Below are positions 39,560 through 52,190 of a DNA stretch of 64,000 bases, in pieces. Made by a program: the position numbers and the translations under genes. Under the pieces are notes generated by a model. The model was not told the origin of the DNA. It did no database searches and saw only the letters and a program-made list of their open reading frames with translations. This stretch comes from Octopus sinensis (taxonomy: Eukaryota): positions 124,001-188,000 of the forward strand of contig NW_021832123.1 of assembly GCF_006345805.1 (NCBI RefSeq), written 5' to 3'. Each line of letters starts with the position of its first letter. The first letter of the stretch is position 1.

Positions 39560-39810
39560 TTTATTTTTAACCCAACTCATTTAATCCCTTTCACATTTGC
39601 TACCAACGGCGAGTGTCTAGACAAGGAAAAGAGTGGAAAATGTTTGCACTGTTTTGGCCTATTTTATATTCATTAATAATTCAAAGAATAGAACATGAAC
39701 TTTAAAGACCTGAATTTAGTTGAATCATTCATAAAGTCAAGGAATAAACAGAGAAATTGTAACCAAAACTAAATAGAAAACGTATTTGTGAAAGAAGGAC
39801 AAAAATATTA

Positions 39811-40965
39811 TTAAAAATCAGAAATATTTGCAAAAATATGAGTGTGCTTAACAACACTTTGGTCAACGTTCGATCTGTCAGTCAGACAACCACTCCTCAG
39901 TCCACTTTGGTCGAGTGTGTCAGACAAACACTGCATCTGATGGCGTAGAACTACATCCGGGAGGGTAAGCAGAACAGAATCGGAAGTCTCCACTACACTC
40001 CACTAGACCATAATAACTTGTAGATAACATTTAATTTACGAATTGTGGCATTGTTAAATGGAAGGGCGGAAACAATAATTGGTGGATCACTCTCCGCCAA
40101 AATCTGTGCTTCCCCAACATCTCTTCCTCGGAAAGTGACTTGTTCCAACCAGAATTCAACAAACCTGTCCAAATTATGTTTCCCGCGTATGACCAGTGGG
40201 TATGACGTAACAGTCTGAACTCTAAAAGCACGGATTACGTAATAATATAACCCCCTATCCACAATAAGAGGGAAATCACCAATTCCCAATTCAGTGAGCC
40301 AAGTACACGCAGATTGAAAGGCTCTTTCCTTCTCGTCAAGTCCATCATCACTTCCAGTTGTTGTGGAGGCTTGAGTATTGGAGTACTCGATGGCTAAGTA
40401 GTGAGCAACAGTCTACAATTGGCTGTCAGTCTTTCTCGGAAACGTTCGCTCGAAGAACTAACAAAAGCTCTACAAGAAGATCCAAGAAGAGGACATAGAA
40501 GGAGTGAGATATGATTAGATAAAAGAAAGAAAGTGGGGATTGTTGAGAAATGTGTTCGTAGACACTCAGAAGGGATGCCTTCCAGTCTCGGTGAACCACT
40601 GGGATTTGTTGGACTGTGTAGAAGTGACGAATGTGATTTGTTGGGTGGAAAAAGTGGTTTAAATGAGGGTAAAAATAGCATTTTTGAGTATTCAAATGTT
40701 CAGAGAGAACATTTATTATTTTATTGGTTGTTATTTCCTTATCAAAAACAAGGGATACATTACACCGAATGGAATAGTCGTCGTTTGAACATAGAGGGCC
40801 ATTTTTAGACTTTATTTTGTCTTGTTTTTGAGTAGTTTGGTTAGAGAGTGAATCAAGACGTTTTATGATTTCGATTGTGGATGCTGACCTTGGAACGGTT
40901 TGGTCAAATTCTTTTTTTATTTTGACTTTCCGTTGTATATTTTTCCAGGAAGGAGAATAATCCAT
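39811..40965 (-). CDS. DONSON: DONSON (downstream neighbor of SON) homologue, multi-exon
   Basis: DYSIRCNV (cf. DWSIKTRL), YFYPHL, WKASLLSVY...FFY...SFYVLF, TWLTELGI, DPPIIVSALPFNNAT (cf. LPPTLLSPVAFRGAT). Confidence 0.72.
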
Positions 40966-42179
40966 TTTGTAACAAACTGGATTGAATTTTAAACTGATTG
41001 CGAAATGTATTTAATTGCTATAAACAAAATATTGAAAAATATTCACTTTTAAAATTTTCCAACTATTGGAACCTATTTTATCCAGGGCCGAAGATCTCTT
41101 AACACATCCCTTTAACTAAGTTTACTCAGAACAAGAACATGATTGGAACAAACCCAAGTGGCACAATTTAATAGACTAGACATTACCAAGTTAATGTTAA
41201 CCTCAATAATTCCAATTTTGTTCACCATTCGAGTGAATAAAAAGGATGCATAAAAACACTGGGAAGGGCGGAAAAAATTAAATTTCCTTACTGCTCTACC
41301 CCAATCCCCCTAGAAACATTTAAAATATCCAAACCGTGGTTTTTGCTAATAGATAAAAATATAAAGTTCGTCTATTCGAATTGTAACAAAAGAGTAGAGG
41401 ACGGAAATTCTAAGTGAAATTGCCGTTTTTTGGCTCTACTTTTATGAAAAGATTTTGATCACTTGACGCTCTTCTACAATCATTAAATGTGCTTAAGTAC
41501 GTTTTAAATGACTTTTGAGTTAGAAAAGTAAGAATAATATTGAAGAGAGTTAAGAGAGAGTGTAAATTTAAAAATGTCAAAAGCAAATTTAAAAATGGCA
41601 GTAAGATCAAAAAAATAATGAGCATTGTATATTTGCTAATTTTGTCAGCAATTCTCCCAATCCCAAGACTTGGTACTTAAAGATCCAAACAACCAACCAG
41701 CGAAAAATTCGTCTAATATAAAAAGAAAACAGAACAATCTCAACATAATAACCTGTTTTCGGTTCCAAAAAACTAAAGTCACATAAATTAAATTGAAGGA
41801 ATACGATGATCATTTCTGTAATGAATGGCTCAGCATAACCAACAATTGTATTATTGGTAATCTAAACTGAAACGGTCTACTTATTCTTTGTAAGGGGTAT
41901 TTTTAAAACACACTTTACTTTCAAATTTAAACCTGAGCAACGATATTGATTATATAGCTAAGATTCAAATCCCTATTTGTAAGTATTTTGACATTTTGAA
42001 AATTTTATTTTCAGAAAATATAGACCCCAACTGCAACCCTGAAACAGTCGTGTTGTTCGCTGATATTTTTAAATTATTCACAGAAGATTATATAACTCAT
42101 ACTAATATAAGGATTTAGCTCCATCCAAGTAACCTACAACTTGGAAATTTGTTTACCAGTATTTCCTCAACGTTATTTA

Positions 42180-42520
42180 TTATTTATCGAGAAATGCTGT
42201 AATATGGCATGTCAAATCGGGAATTACTCATAATGAAAATGTGAGAAATAATCCATTTTGTGCTTACATAAGAGATAATTGTCTCAAAGTAAAGTTACCC
42301 GAGACCCCTAGACATAGAAAAACAAGCAAAGGTGTATATCTGGTCGGTGTGGTCGGTGAGAACACGCAAGTGATGGAAAATATTGATTTTCTATGCCTTC
42401 CTCTAGAGGGAAGCCTGAAATGGATATCTTCAAAACAGGATTGCAAATAGATTACCAAAAACAAATCTGGCTTCTCTGATTGCTCTAAGACTGGAAAAAA
42501 TCATAGTTAGTTTAATAGAG
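42180..42520. repeat. Unclassified ~340-bp interspersed repeat, copy 1
   Basis: Closely similar to 51681-52000 (gaaatgctgtaatatg...aaagtaaagttacccgagacc...gattaccaaaaacaaatctgg...tttaatagagaaag). Confidence 0.85.
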
Positions 42521-42544
42521 AAAGAGTAATCAATTAAATAAATA

Positions 42545-44329
42545 CAGTAGACTATCCATTTAACGAAAAAAAATTTAACGAAAATATTCATTTTACGAAA
42601 GTCAAAATATTTTTTTACGTTTTTCCTTAGATAAATTCAAAAATAAAATTTTTTTTTTCTTTGTATTAGTGAATATTTAAATATATTTAACGAATATTTA
42701 AATAACGAAAATTAAAATTTTTGATAAAATTTAAAATAATTTTCCTAGCTATTTCTTTGTAGTAAACCATGTGTGCAAGGGTGAACAATATGAAGAAAAA
42801 AAGAAAAACTTATCAAATTCAACAAAAACTGGAAGTTATTGATTTCAAGAAGAATAATCCTGCTGTTACTCAAGAAAATTGGCTCAGCGGTTTAATATGC
42901 CTATTGGAGTGATCAATTCAACGTTGAAGAAAATGCAATTGTATGGATCAAGGCGTCACAACAAAAAAGAATATTACATTTAAAAGTTGTACTGATAGAT
43001 ATATGAACCACTATATGCATGGATCAGAACAAACGTTTCTGTAATCACACCATAACTAATGAAATGGTACGCGAAATGGCACTCAAAATTGCTCAACGAT
43101 TTTATATTGAAAATTTCAAAGCATCTCACCCATGGATTTCACGCTTTAAGGAAGAGTATAAAAATAAAAACACTCACGATTTCTGGAGAAGAACAATTAG
43201 TGGATCCCGTGTTGCTTATAGATTCATATGAACGCTTTGCAGCCATGTTAAAAAAATATGGATCGAAAATTTTTACAACTGCGATGAAACTGCCCTTTTT
43301 TTCAAATGTACTCCAAAAAAAACATTAGTTCCTGACTTCGAATCAAGGGCTTCAGGAAAATTTTCTAAAGAACGAATAACACTGTTATTATGCACAAATA
43401 TGGAAGGAGATAAAGAGCATCCGTTGGTAATCGGAAAATTCAAAAATCCTCATGGTTTTAAAAATATTAATATGAATAATCTTGGGATTCAATATGCAAA
43501 TAGCTTAAATCTTGGATGACCAGTTTAATTTTAAAAACTGGGTTGAACGGTTAAATTCCAAAATGAGTGTGGAAAATAGAAAGATTTTGCTTTTTTTAGA
43601 TAATGCGCCAGTTCACTATTTTGATGGCGAATTCAGTAATATCGAATTGTATTTTCTTCCTCCAAAGACAACATCTAAGATTCAACCAATTGATCAAGGG
43701 ATTGTGCATTCATTTAAATCGTTGTATAAAAAGGAATGACTAGAAATTTGAGTATGGGAACAAATAAGGAACATTGTCAGATGAACTTACCAAATTCAAA
43801 TTAGTGAATGCTCTACCTTTAATTATTGAGGCTTGGAACGAAGTCACAGTGGACACTATCAAAAATTGCTTTAACAAGGCATTAATAATTGGGCGAAGAT
43901 AGATGAAAAAATATTTGAAGAATCCACTGACGAAAAAGGTATTAATTTAAATCACCTTACAATTAAAGATAATAAAAGTGAAATTATGATTGAGTTTCTG
44001 TCTGTGCCCTGTCGTTTGCGAAGAAAACGCGTATCTTGATACATACATGTGAGGAAGAAAATGAGCATGAAGAAATAGATAGCACAAATGACAATCCCAT
44101 TGGTTATGCAGGTGCACTTAAATATTTGGAAAAAATTGAAAAATATTTTTTGCAAGAATCTGGTGAACATATTCACCTAATTACAAATTTGAGAAATATA
44201 TTGGCAAAAATTAAAAAGAAGGAACCTAAAATTACCGATTTCATGACACATTTTTAATTAAACAATTTTTTTCGTTAAATTCATTTAACGAATGCTCAAT
44301 TTTCATTTCGTTAAATGAATAGTCTACTG
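42545..44329 (+). mobile_element. pogo/Tigger DNA transposon, full length with frameshifted transposase
   Basis: TIR CAGTAGACTAT(c/t)CATTTAACGAAA at both ends, TA duplication; CENP-B HTH FKASHPWISRFK, YNCDETALF, KERITLLLC, LLFLDNAPVH, LPPKTTSKIQPIDQG. Confidence 0.93.
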
Positions 44330-44334
44330 TAATT

Positions 44335-47325
44335 AGAAATTTACAATAATTATTTAAAACCTTAAATCTTAAAATGTGTAATATTTTCAATTATACCTCC
44401 TAGAGAAAGTTAGAGTTTTATTTTTTAATAAAAATACGGGGTAACATAACTAACTTAATCAAAATACGATTTCAAACTATAATGTTAGTAAAGATTAAAT
44501 AAATCAAATTATTCTCGGAAATAACAAATGACCAAAATTATTGAATTTTGTCTTGTTATGAGAATGTTTTCTACTTACTGGTGCTACAAAATAACAATTA
44601 AAATAAAACCAAATTCACAAACTGTCAGTTCCAATTCGTTACAGACTTCTTTGGTGTATACATAGCCGTCATCCAGAAAATCGCATTTATCAACAGTCTT
44701 TCCTTCAAACATGTACCTTTCAGTGGAATTCAAATAATCTGAATTATTGCTGCAAAAGTAATGCACCAAATAGAAAATGGAGTTTTTCAAACGTGTCGAT
44801 AACTGCAAGTCGACCTCCCATCTTTTCACAATTATTTCTTGCGTCTGATAAAATTTGTTTCTTTTTTATTTTTTTGTAGCAAATATCTTTGTAGCAATTT
44901 GTTTTTCCTGTGATATAAAAATTGGCATTCACCTGTGTTTTCTGTGTATAGACAGTCCCATAATTTACTATCTAATCTTGAAATGTTTTTTTTGACTGAT
45001 TCTGACAATTTACTGGTGAATAATAATACAATTAACTTACTATTTAGATATTTTAATTAAGTTGACAGGATTCATAAGGCAATCATTCGTGCAATTTCCT
45101 TCAGTGGCTTCCACGTGTCTAAATCCGAGGATATGAAATAATTCGTGAGCAATCGTATTCCCCAAGTTGACTTTTTCTTGCTTCGTCTATCAATTTGTTA
45201 TATTGTGAGACATTAAGCTTTTCGAATATCATAGCTACGGCGTCCCAACTGCACACACTATTCAAAAATGCTATTCCTAATATGTCGCGAGCCGAGCGCG
45301 CGACCGAGCACTAGACGCGACCAATCAAATTTACTCAATGTCAATCAATGTCAAAATAACTTATTTTATTGATTAGATCAAGGACAATTATTATTTCTGA
45401 CTGTTATAACTTCTTAAGTCGTTTGGCATGAACTTTCATTACTGATCCATCACTATTTTCCACATTGACAAAATTGTTAGACAATTTCGCAACAATAGTG
45501 AATGGATCCCCGTATGGATGTTCAAACCTGGTTAATCTCAAGGAAGGATTTGTCCCATAATCTTTTTGAATGCGAACCTTTTAAGTAATTATAAAATAAA
45601 TACAATGTCTCCAATGTTTAATTCATATTTAGACACATGCACTCCCATCTTCCTGTTCATTCTCTTATAATATGGAGAATCCAAGTTAACTTTTGGGAAG
45701 TTGAATTCGAATTCATCTTTAGTTGAATTTAAAACATTTACTGTTAATTTCGGGAGTGTATTGAAGTTCAGCTGCCTCAACATCAGTATTTCCTAAAACA
45801 GTATTGAATCCAGGAATTCCACGATATCTCTCAAAGGGGCTAACGCCTGCAAAAAATTTAAGACAAATAATTCACCTGTAGATGAATGAGGTGTTTGATT
45901 GTACAAAAACACAGTCTTTCTTATGTGTTTTACCCACTCTTTGGTGTCATCCAAACTCATAATTTTTGAAAGGCTCCTTGTGACCGTCTGATTAAATCGT
46001 TCAACAATTCCCTGACTCTGGGGATTGTTTGGTCTTCCATGTATTTGTCGAACACAAAACTCTTCACATACTTTTGTCACATGAGAATTTTTGAATTCTG
46101 TTCCGTTGTCTGATTGGAGAAACTTGCAGGGACCAAAATCCATAAAAATATCATTCAGATTATTCGCCACCTCTACTCCACTTTTATTTTTAGATTCCTT
46201 GTAAACGCATATTTCGAATATACGTCTATTACAGACATTAACCGAAAAAATCATTGTTTTCATTTTTAAATCTACAAAATAAGTTAATTTTATACCGTTT
46301 AAGATCAATTAAATCTACTTGAAATCTTTCATTAGGTAAATCAGCAACAATATGAGTTGAATCATCATATTGTTTTAGTGGAACTGAAAATTTGCAAATA
46401 TTGCATTCTTTAACAACTTGGCGAATGATCTCTCTTCTCAATATAAAAAATCTTCGCCTACATAAGGCTTCCAAAGCATTATGTCCGCAATGATTAGCTT
46501 CATGAATCTCACGTGCAATTAATTTCATCTCTTCTAAGCTCGTGGAAGCAATTACGAGCTTGTGTAGGCCGTTTACATCTTTAAGATATAGTTTCCCCTC
46601 TTTAATTAGGAAATTTTCTGCTTTCTTTTTGAGTCGATACTTCTTATGTTTGGAAAGATCGACCTCCTCATTATTGAGGATAGATCTTAGGAAATTATAT
46701 TCATCTTGATCTTTTACAAACAAACGCTGGCCCGACATAACAAAGTGTAGACAAAATTATGCTAGCGTGGATAATATTTTATCTGGGTGAGTATGGTACG
46801 CCGGCAATTAGACTGACAGGTGGATGACAGGTATGACAGGTGTCAAAGTCGCGTCTAGCGCTCGGTCGCGCGCTCGGCTCGCGACATAATAAATCAAACT
46901 GCCATGTTTCGTATCTATTAATTCATATTATCAGGTCAACGTCAAGAATATGATTGCGTCTACAGTGCTCATCATTTTTATGTAATTGTCCAACAAACAA
47001 AAATTTGTAATGTTGAGATTCTTAAATTCATGAGGAATTATTTGTTTTATTTCGATCGTAGTTCTAATTCGGTCAAAATACTAGCAATATTTTGGATTAC
47101 TGGAAATACCGTCTGCACAACATTGAATACTTTTTGTATTTCTTCGTTTGGATTGTAAGTTTTATTGAATTTTAGCTAAAATTTTAAATCATGTGAATAA
47201 CTGTGAGATTGTCATAAATAACCAAAAGTTCTAATCGTCTATCAAACTGTTTTACTAATATATTTAAATAAATTATTCATACCTTGCATAAATGTAGTCA
47301 TCAAAACTAAAATATTTGGAAACAT
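44335..47325 (-). pseudogene. Duplicated M12B metalloprotease + C-type-lectin gene, copy 1, disrupted by a Ginger insertion and cut at the pogo insertion
   Basis: Nearly identical to 56483-57832; HELFHILGFRH at 45115-45147; Ginger 45283-46886 lies in the exon upstream of the zinc motif. Confidence 0.75.
45283..46886 (-). mobile_element. Ginger2/TDD-like DNA transposon (retroviral-type integrase), full length 1.6 kb
   Basis: ~39-bp TIR TGTCGCGAGCCGAGCGCGCGACCGAGC..; 5-bp TSD TAATA (45278-82, 46887-91) confirmed by the empty site in the paralogue near 57394; HCG...CNIC zinc finger, QVDLID, LQSDNGTEF, NPQSQGIVERFN; four micro-introns and one frameshift. Confidence 0.92.
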
Positions 47326-47361
47326 TATTTTTTAGTACAATAGTGCTATATATACTGAAAA

Positions 47362-47503
47362 TATATTGATTCTTTAAAATAAATATCGTGCACTTTTTAA
47401 ATAAATATGATATTGATTCTTTTAAATAAATATCGTGCACTTTTCAGATAAATATGATATTGATTCTTTAAAATAAATATCGTGCACTTTTCAAATAAAT
47501 ATG
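47362..47503. repeat. ~47-bp tandem repeat, 3 copies, upstream of protease copy 1
   Basis: atattgattctttaaaataaatatcgtgcacttttcaaataaatatg repeated; about 1.4 copies at the paralogous site 57871-57935. Confidence 0.85.
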
Positions 47504-48293
47504 GGTACTTTTGCATTTCATCCTGCACGAAAATAGCCTCTAAATGAATTAATGAAAATTTTTATGAATATTAGATCGAAAATTTAAAAAATTGAACTAT
47601 GCCGATTTTGTAAATTTTATTTTAATTTTTTTTAAATTAGTGGTGTCAAAACAATACCGACAAAATTAAATCTGAGCTATTAACGACCACCTGTCTAAAA
47701 AGACACAGTTGTTGGTTAATAAAGATGCTTATCACCATTCCCTCAGTGAAAAAATTTTTATTACAACAAAAAAGGTCAGCTGGTAGTACGAAGCGTGATA
47801 TTCGGCGGACAAAATTTGACGATGGCATCTATTAGCTCGTCGAAGGAGTTGTCTAAATGGCTCACTTGCCTTCTCCATAAAAATTCTATAAATGTATTAG
47901 GAGTATTTAATACCTGCAAAATATGCACCGTGACGCGCGGTCCCCCTTTGTCTCTTATTGCTCCATTTTGCGCACCCCCACATTCTATATTTTCATATAT
48001 AATTATTATCTGAACCTCTCAAACTCCACATGTACATAAAGCGAATACATGACTGTAAGGTTACTGTCGTGCCTTCGAGCCACGTACCTAAAAATAAAGT
48101 ACTCTCTTATACCGTTTTTAATAGAACTATATGTTCGACACCCATTTTATGGCACACCCATGTTGTATTCTCCTGCTGTTGGAGAAGGGTCATAAAATGT
48201 CTGTTTTGACATTTTTTTCTTTGAGAAAAATTCCAACCTCTTGAAGGAATGCATTAGAGGCTATTTTCGTGCAGAATGAAATGCAAAAGTACT
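47504..48293 (-). mobile_element. Merlin (IS1016/IS1595-like) non-autonomous DNA transposon
   Basis: ~40-bp TIR GGTACTTTTGCATTTCAT(c/t)CTGCACGAAAATAGCCTCTAA; spliced FER|MWGCAKWSNKRQRGTARH..YFA|EFLWRR typical of Merlin C-terminus; introns incl. 47886-47913; no clean TSD seen. Confidence 0.8.
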
Positions 48294-48309
48294 GATATGG
48301 TACTTTTGT

Positions 48310-49240
48310 CCTTTTTGCCTTGGGCGTTAACAGTATCGCTCACTCTGTTCGATCCCCAGTTAACTGGATGACGCAACCATTTGCGGCCCCCGATGCTGTT
48401 TTTGATGACCTTCGTTCTATCTTCCCTTCCCTTTCGGACATCGGCTTATCTATAAATGCCGATAAATCCGAAATCGTGAACATTGCCTTAAATCCGAGTG
48501 ACTTCACTGCTTCAATTTCCACGTGCCGAGGCATTCTTTCAGACGTCCGGATTACGGACAAATCAAATCTTACGATCCTCGGTGCCCCCATGGGGCCTTC
48601 TGCCATCGAATGCTCATTCGCTGGAAAAATTTCCCACCTATCCAAAATGATCGAGAAGCTTAAAATCATCTAGCCTCATGTGGCTCTTTTCCTTCTCCGA
48701 AACCACTTTTCCGTCCCAAAGATCCTTTACACCCTAAGATGTGCACCCTGCTTTCAAAGAGGCGATTTTCTTTCCGACCTTGACAATATCCTCAAGCTCG
48801 GTACGAGCTCTCTTTGCAATCTGGCTTTCGACGATCCAGGCTGGATTCAGGCATCCCTGCCTGTGCGCTGGGGCGGCCTTGGCTTGAGATCCTATTCCGA
48901 TCTTGCCCTCCCCGCATTCCTATCCGCTCACTACGCTTCTCGTACTCTCTCAGACATCGTTCTTAGAAACCTCCCCGAACGGAAATTGTCTGAAGATTAC
49001 TCTGCAGCCGGTGGTCGGTGGGAGGCTCGGTTTGGTTCGAAGCTGCCCAATTCTCAATCTGTACAGCGTCGAAATCTCTTGTCAGGCAATTTTCGAAGGC
49101 CTTCTTCCTGTCTCCAATCAACACCGTGTCGCTTGCCTCCGTGCAGGTCGATGCGAAGGCAGCGGTGTCTGGTTAAAGGCTCTCCCTTCCATCGGGAACC
49201 TGGTGGACAAGGAATGCCTAACTCTATCCAGTTTTTAGTT
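48310..49240 (+). mobile_element. CRE-clade retrotransposon internal fragment
   Basis: PFCLGVNSI, GLSINADKSE, ILGAPMG, LFLLRNHFSVPKILYTLR, QASLPVRWGGLGLR. Confidence 0.8.
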
Positions 49241-49279
49241 TAAAATCATATATAGATCTCAAGTTTAAAACGTAAAAGA

Positions 49280-50570
49280 TTTTTTTTTTTTTTTTTTTAG
49301 ATTTTAAATGTTATATGTAATTAACAAATAGTTATTAACTAACTAAATTCCCGGCATCGTAAATGGAAACACAGTTTCCACGTACTATGGCCAAGGAAAT
49401 CCTTTCGAAAAGCCACTTGGACTCGCGTGGGTCTCCCCGTTTATGGGAGATCATGCGGCCAAGCTTTTTTTAGAAAGGAAAGAGACTTTTCGCCGATGAC
49501 GCCGGAAGTCTCGACGGCGATGGGAGTGAACAGATACCGTTCAGAGAGCTCCTTGTACTTTCCAATCTTCATCTTCTCGGTTTTGCGAGAGACTGAGCCA
49601 GGCTCGACAGCTGAAGAAGGAAGGTTGAGCTCCGAGAAAGTGTCTGAACACGTCGCATCCCATAACAGAGACTTGCCGAACTCAAACGGGAAAGTCGATA
49701 GGCCGTCGGGTCTTTTTCCGTCTCCCCTCGCAAGCCCGACGGGTTCGAGGATTGATGGAATCCCAGCGGCCGTGAGCCCCCTCTGAATAACGTCGTTAAG
49801 TGCTGCATGGCGTGGTGCGCGCCCTGCACTGCGACGACAGGAAAGGGGATGTAGACCAAAACGGTCAATGACAGCACCACAACGACATTTGTGTATTTCG
49901 CAGATTTCCAATCCAAGACGCAATGATAAACCAATTCGTAGGCAATCTTTGTCTAATAGGTTACCGGTGGAAGGGACAGGGAGAGCATCCAGCCAGGCCC
50001 CACTCCCTGTGCAGCAGCCTGCGCGGAGACATGCAAGTCTGTGCTGATCGAAATTTTTGCGTAGATGTACGTCAAGAGCTTCACAAGAAATGGCATCCCA
50101 TTGAGCTTGGATACACGGGTCACTGGGTCTTTTGTTGTACAATGAATCCCACAGGTCCAAAGCGGCCACGTGATCAACTGACATTTTTCGTTCGGGTAGG
50201 TTTCTGAGAACAATGTCAGTGAGGACACGGGATGATGCCGTTGACGAAAGGAAAGCAGGAAGAGCGATAGACACGGGAGAACGGAGTCCAATCCCACCGC
50301 GGCTTACAGGCAGGGTGGATTGAATCCAACCAAGAGGGTCGAAACGTACGTTGCATAGCGACTCTGCTCCGGACTTCAGAATATTTTCAATAACGGAAAG
50401 GAGATTTTGTTCGTGAAAACACGGAGAGCTTCTTAATGTATATAGGAGCTTCGGAGTTGAAAAGTAATTACGGAGAAGAAAGAACCCGACATGAGCGTCG
50501 ATGAGAGAGAGTCTTTGAATAATGCATGACAGAACAGCTGCCTTGTCAATAAGAGTTTGAGACAAACAGT
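49280..50570 (-). mobile_element. 5'-truncated CRE-clade retrotransposon with poly(A) tail, abutting the 3' UTR of a Ginger element
   Basis: 374-aa ORF with CRCG..D..GLHPLSC..GRAPRH..LN, DGKRPDG, LWDATC, IAVETSG; poly(T) on plus strand 49280-49298. Confidence 0.9.
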
Positions 50571-51680
50571 GACAGTGACGTAAATTAAACGTAAAATGAA
50601 ATTTAAAATTAATTATTTTGTAATTTTTTTGATTCTTTTCATGTGAACTATCTTGCTATCTCCATTTGAAAATTCTACATTCACGCGGTTATTTGGTAAG
50701 ATTGATTTGATCGTGGCAGTATTACCATAAGCACTTTCAAATTTTTTCAATGAAAAAGCCGGATTCGTTCCTAAATCTTTATGGATCCTTATCTATACAT
50801 AAAATTTATTTTAGTTACCTTATCTTCAACTGAAAATTAAGATTTTGACACATGAACCCCCATTTTTTATTCATTTTTTGGAAATAGGGGCTATTCAAAT
50901 TTGGGGGTTCAAAATTAAAATCAAAGTCTTCTTGTTTTTCATCACATTTCTCATCTTCATCGAGATTCTCTGCATCCACGTCATCCGGAATTACAGTTAA
51001 TTCCTCTGTATTTCATAAAAGGTGACTTCCCTAAAAATAAAATGGATACCAGTTGATGAATATACAGTAAGGTTATAAAAATAGAAAGCTTCACTTATGT
51101 GATTTGTCCAATTTTTATCCCCTTCACGCTTCATCACTTTTGATAAGGATCTTGTTAAGGTTTGATTAAACCTTTCCACAATTCCTTGGCTTCCGGGGTT
51201 ATTTGGACTGCTGTAGACTTGCATAATCTTGAATCTTTTGCACAATTCATGAATATGTGCATTTTTAAATTCAGTCTCATTGTCAGACTGCAAAATATGG
51301 CAAGGACCAAATTGTAAAAAAAATTGAAGAAGATTTTTGGACACTTCATGTCCACTTTTATTAACAAGATTACGTGTAAACACGAATTTAGAAAAAACGT
51401 CGATGACAACTAATATCCATGCAAATGAATCATTTAAGTGTTTAAATCTACAATAAACAAATGAATTACATTTTTAAGTCAATTAAATCCACCTGAAATC
51501 TTCCATTAGGAATACTTGTAGTTATATGGTTTTCCTCATCATATACCTTCAGAGGAGTTGAAAAAAAAACAAATTTGACATTCTGAAACGACTTTTCTAA
51601 CAACATTTCTTTTAATTGTAAAGAAATTGTCATGGCAGTGCTGTTCTAAAGCATTCTGCCCGCAGTGAGTAATAACATAT
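50571..51680 (-). mobile_element. Ginger-like integrase transposon, truncated
   Basis: HCGQNALEQ, FQVDLIDLK|, WILVVIDVFSKF, LQSDNETEF, NPGSQGIVERFN, KDLGTNP; stop at 50613-50615; micro-introns (e.g. 51031-51049). Confidence 0.85.
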
Positions 51681-52000
51681 TATTTATCTAGAAATGCTGT
51701 AATATGACATGCCAAATGTGGGAAATAATCCATGTTGTGCTTACATAAATTGTCTCAAAGTAAAGTTACCCGAGACCACTAGACATAGAAAAACAAGCAA
51801 AGGTGTATATCTGGTCGGTCGTGCTTCGGAAGATATTGGAGAACAAGCAAGTGAAGGAAAACATTGATTTTCTATGACTTCCTCTAGAAGGAAGCTTGTA
51901 ATGTATATCTTCAAATTAGGATTGCAAATAGATTACCAAAAACAAATCTGGATTCTCTGATCGCTCTAAGACTGGATAAAATCATAGTTTAATAGAGAAA
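51681..52000. repeat. Unclassified interspersed repeat, copy 2
   Basis: Similar to 42180-42520; truncates the Ginger element. Confidence 0.85.
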
Positions 52001-52190
52001 GATTAATAAAAATTTACTACTAATTTCAATGTAGAATTTTATTCTATAATCTTAAAGTGAATACATAAAAACCCCAAATAACGTAAGATATTTTTAATGG
52101 TTATAAATACGCTCAGACAGTGACGTAAATTAATTAAATTTTATTTTTAAATTAAAAAGTCGTCGACTAATCATTCCCATTTATTTCCTC

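Noticed and set aside
45793-46738. LTR retrotransposon or Polinton as source of the integrases
   Set aside because: No gag, RT, RNase H, LTRs or polB; the integrase is alone between short TIRs with a 5-bp TSD
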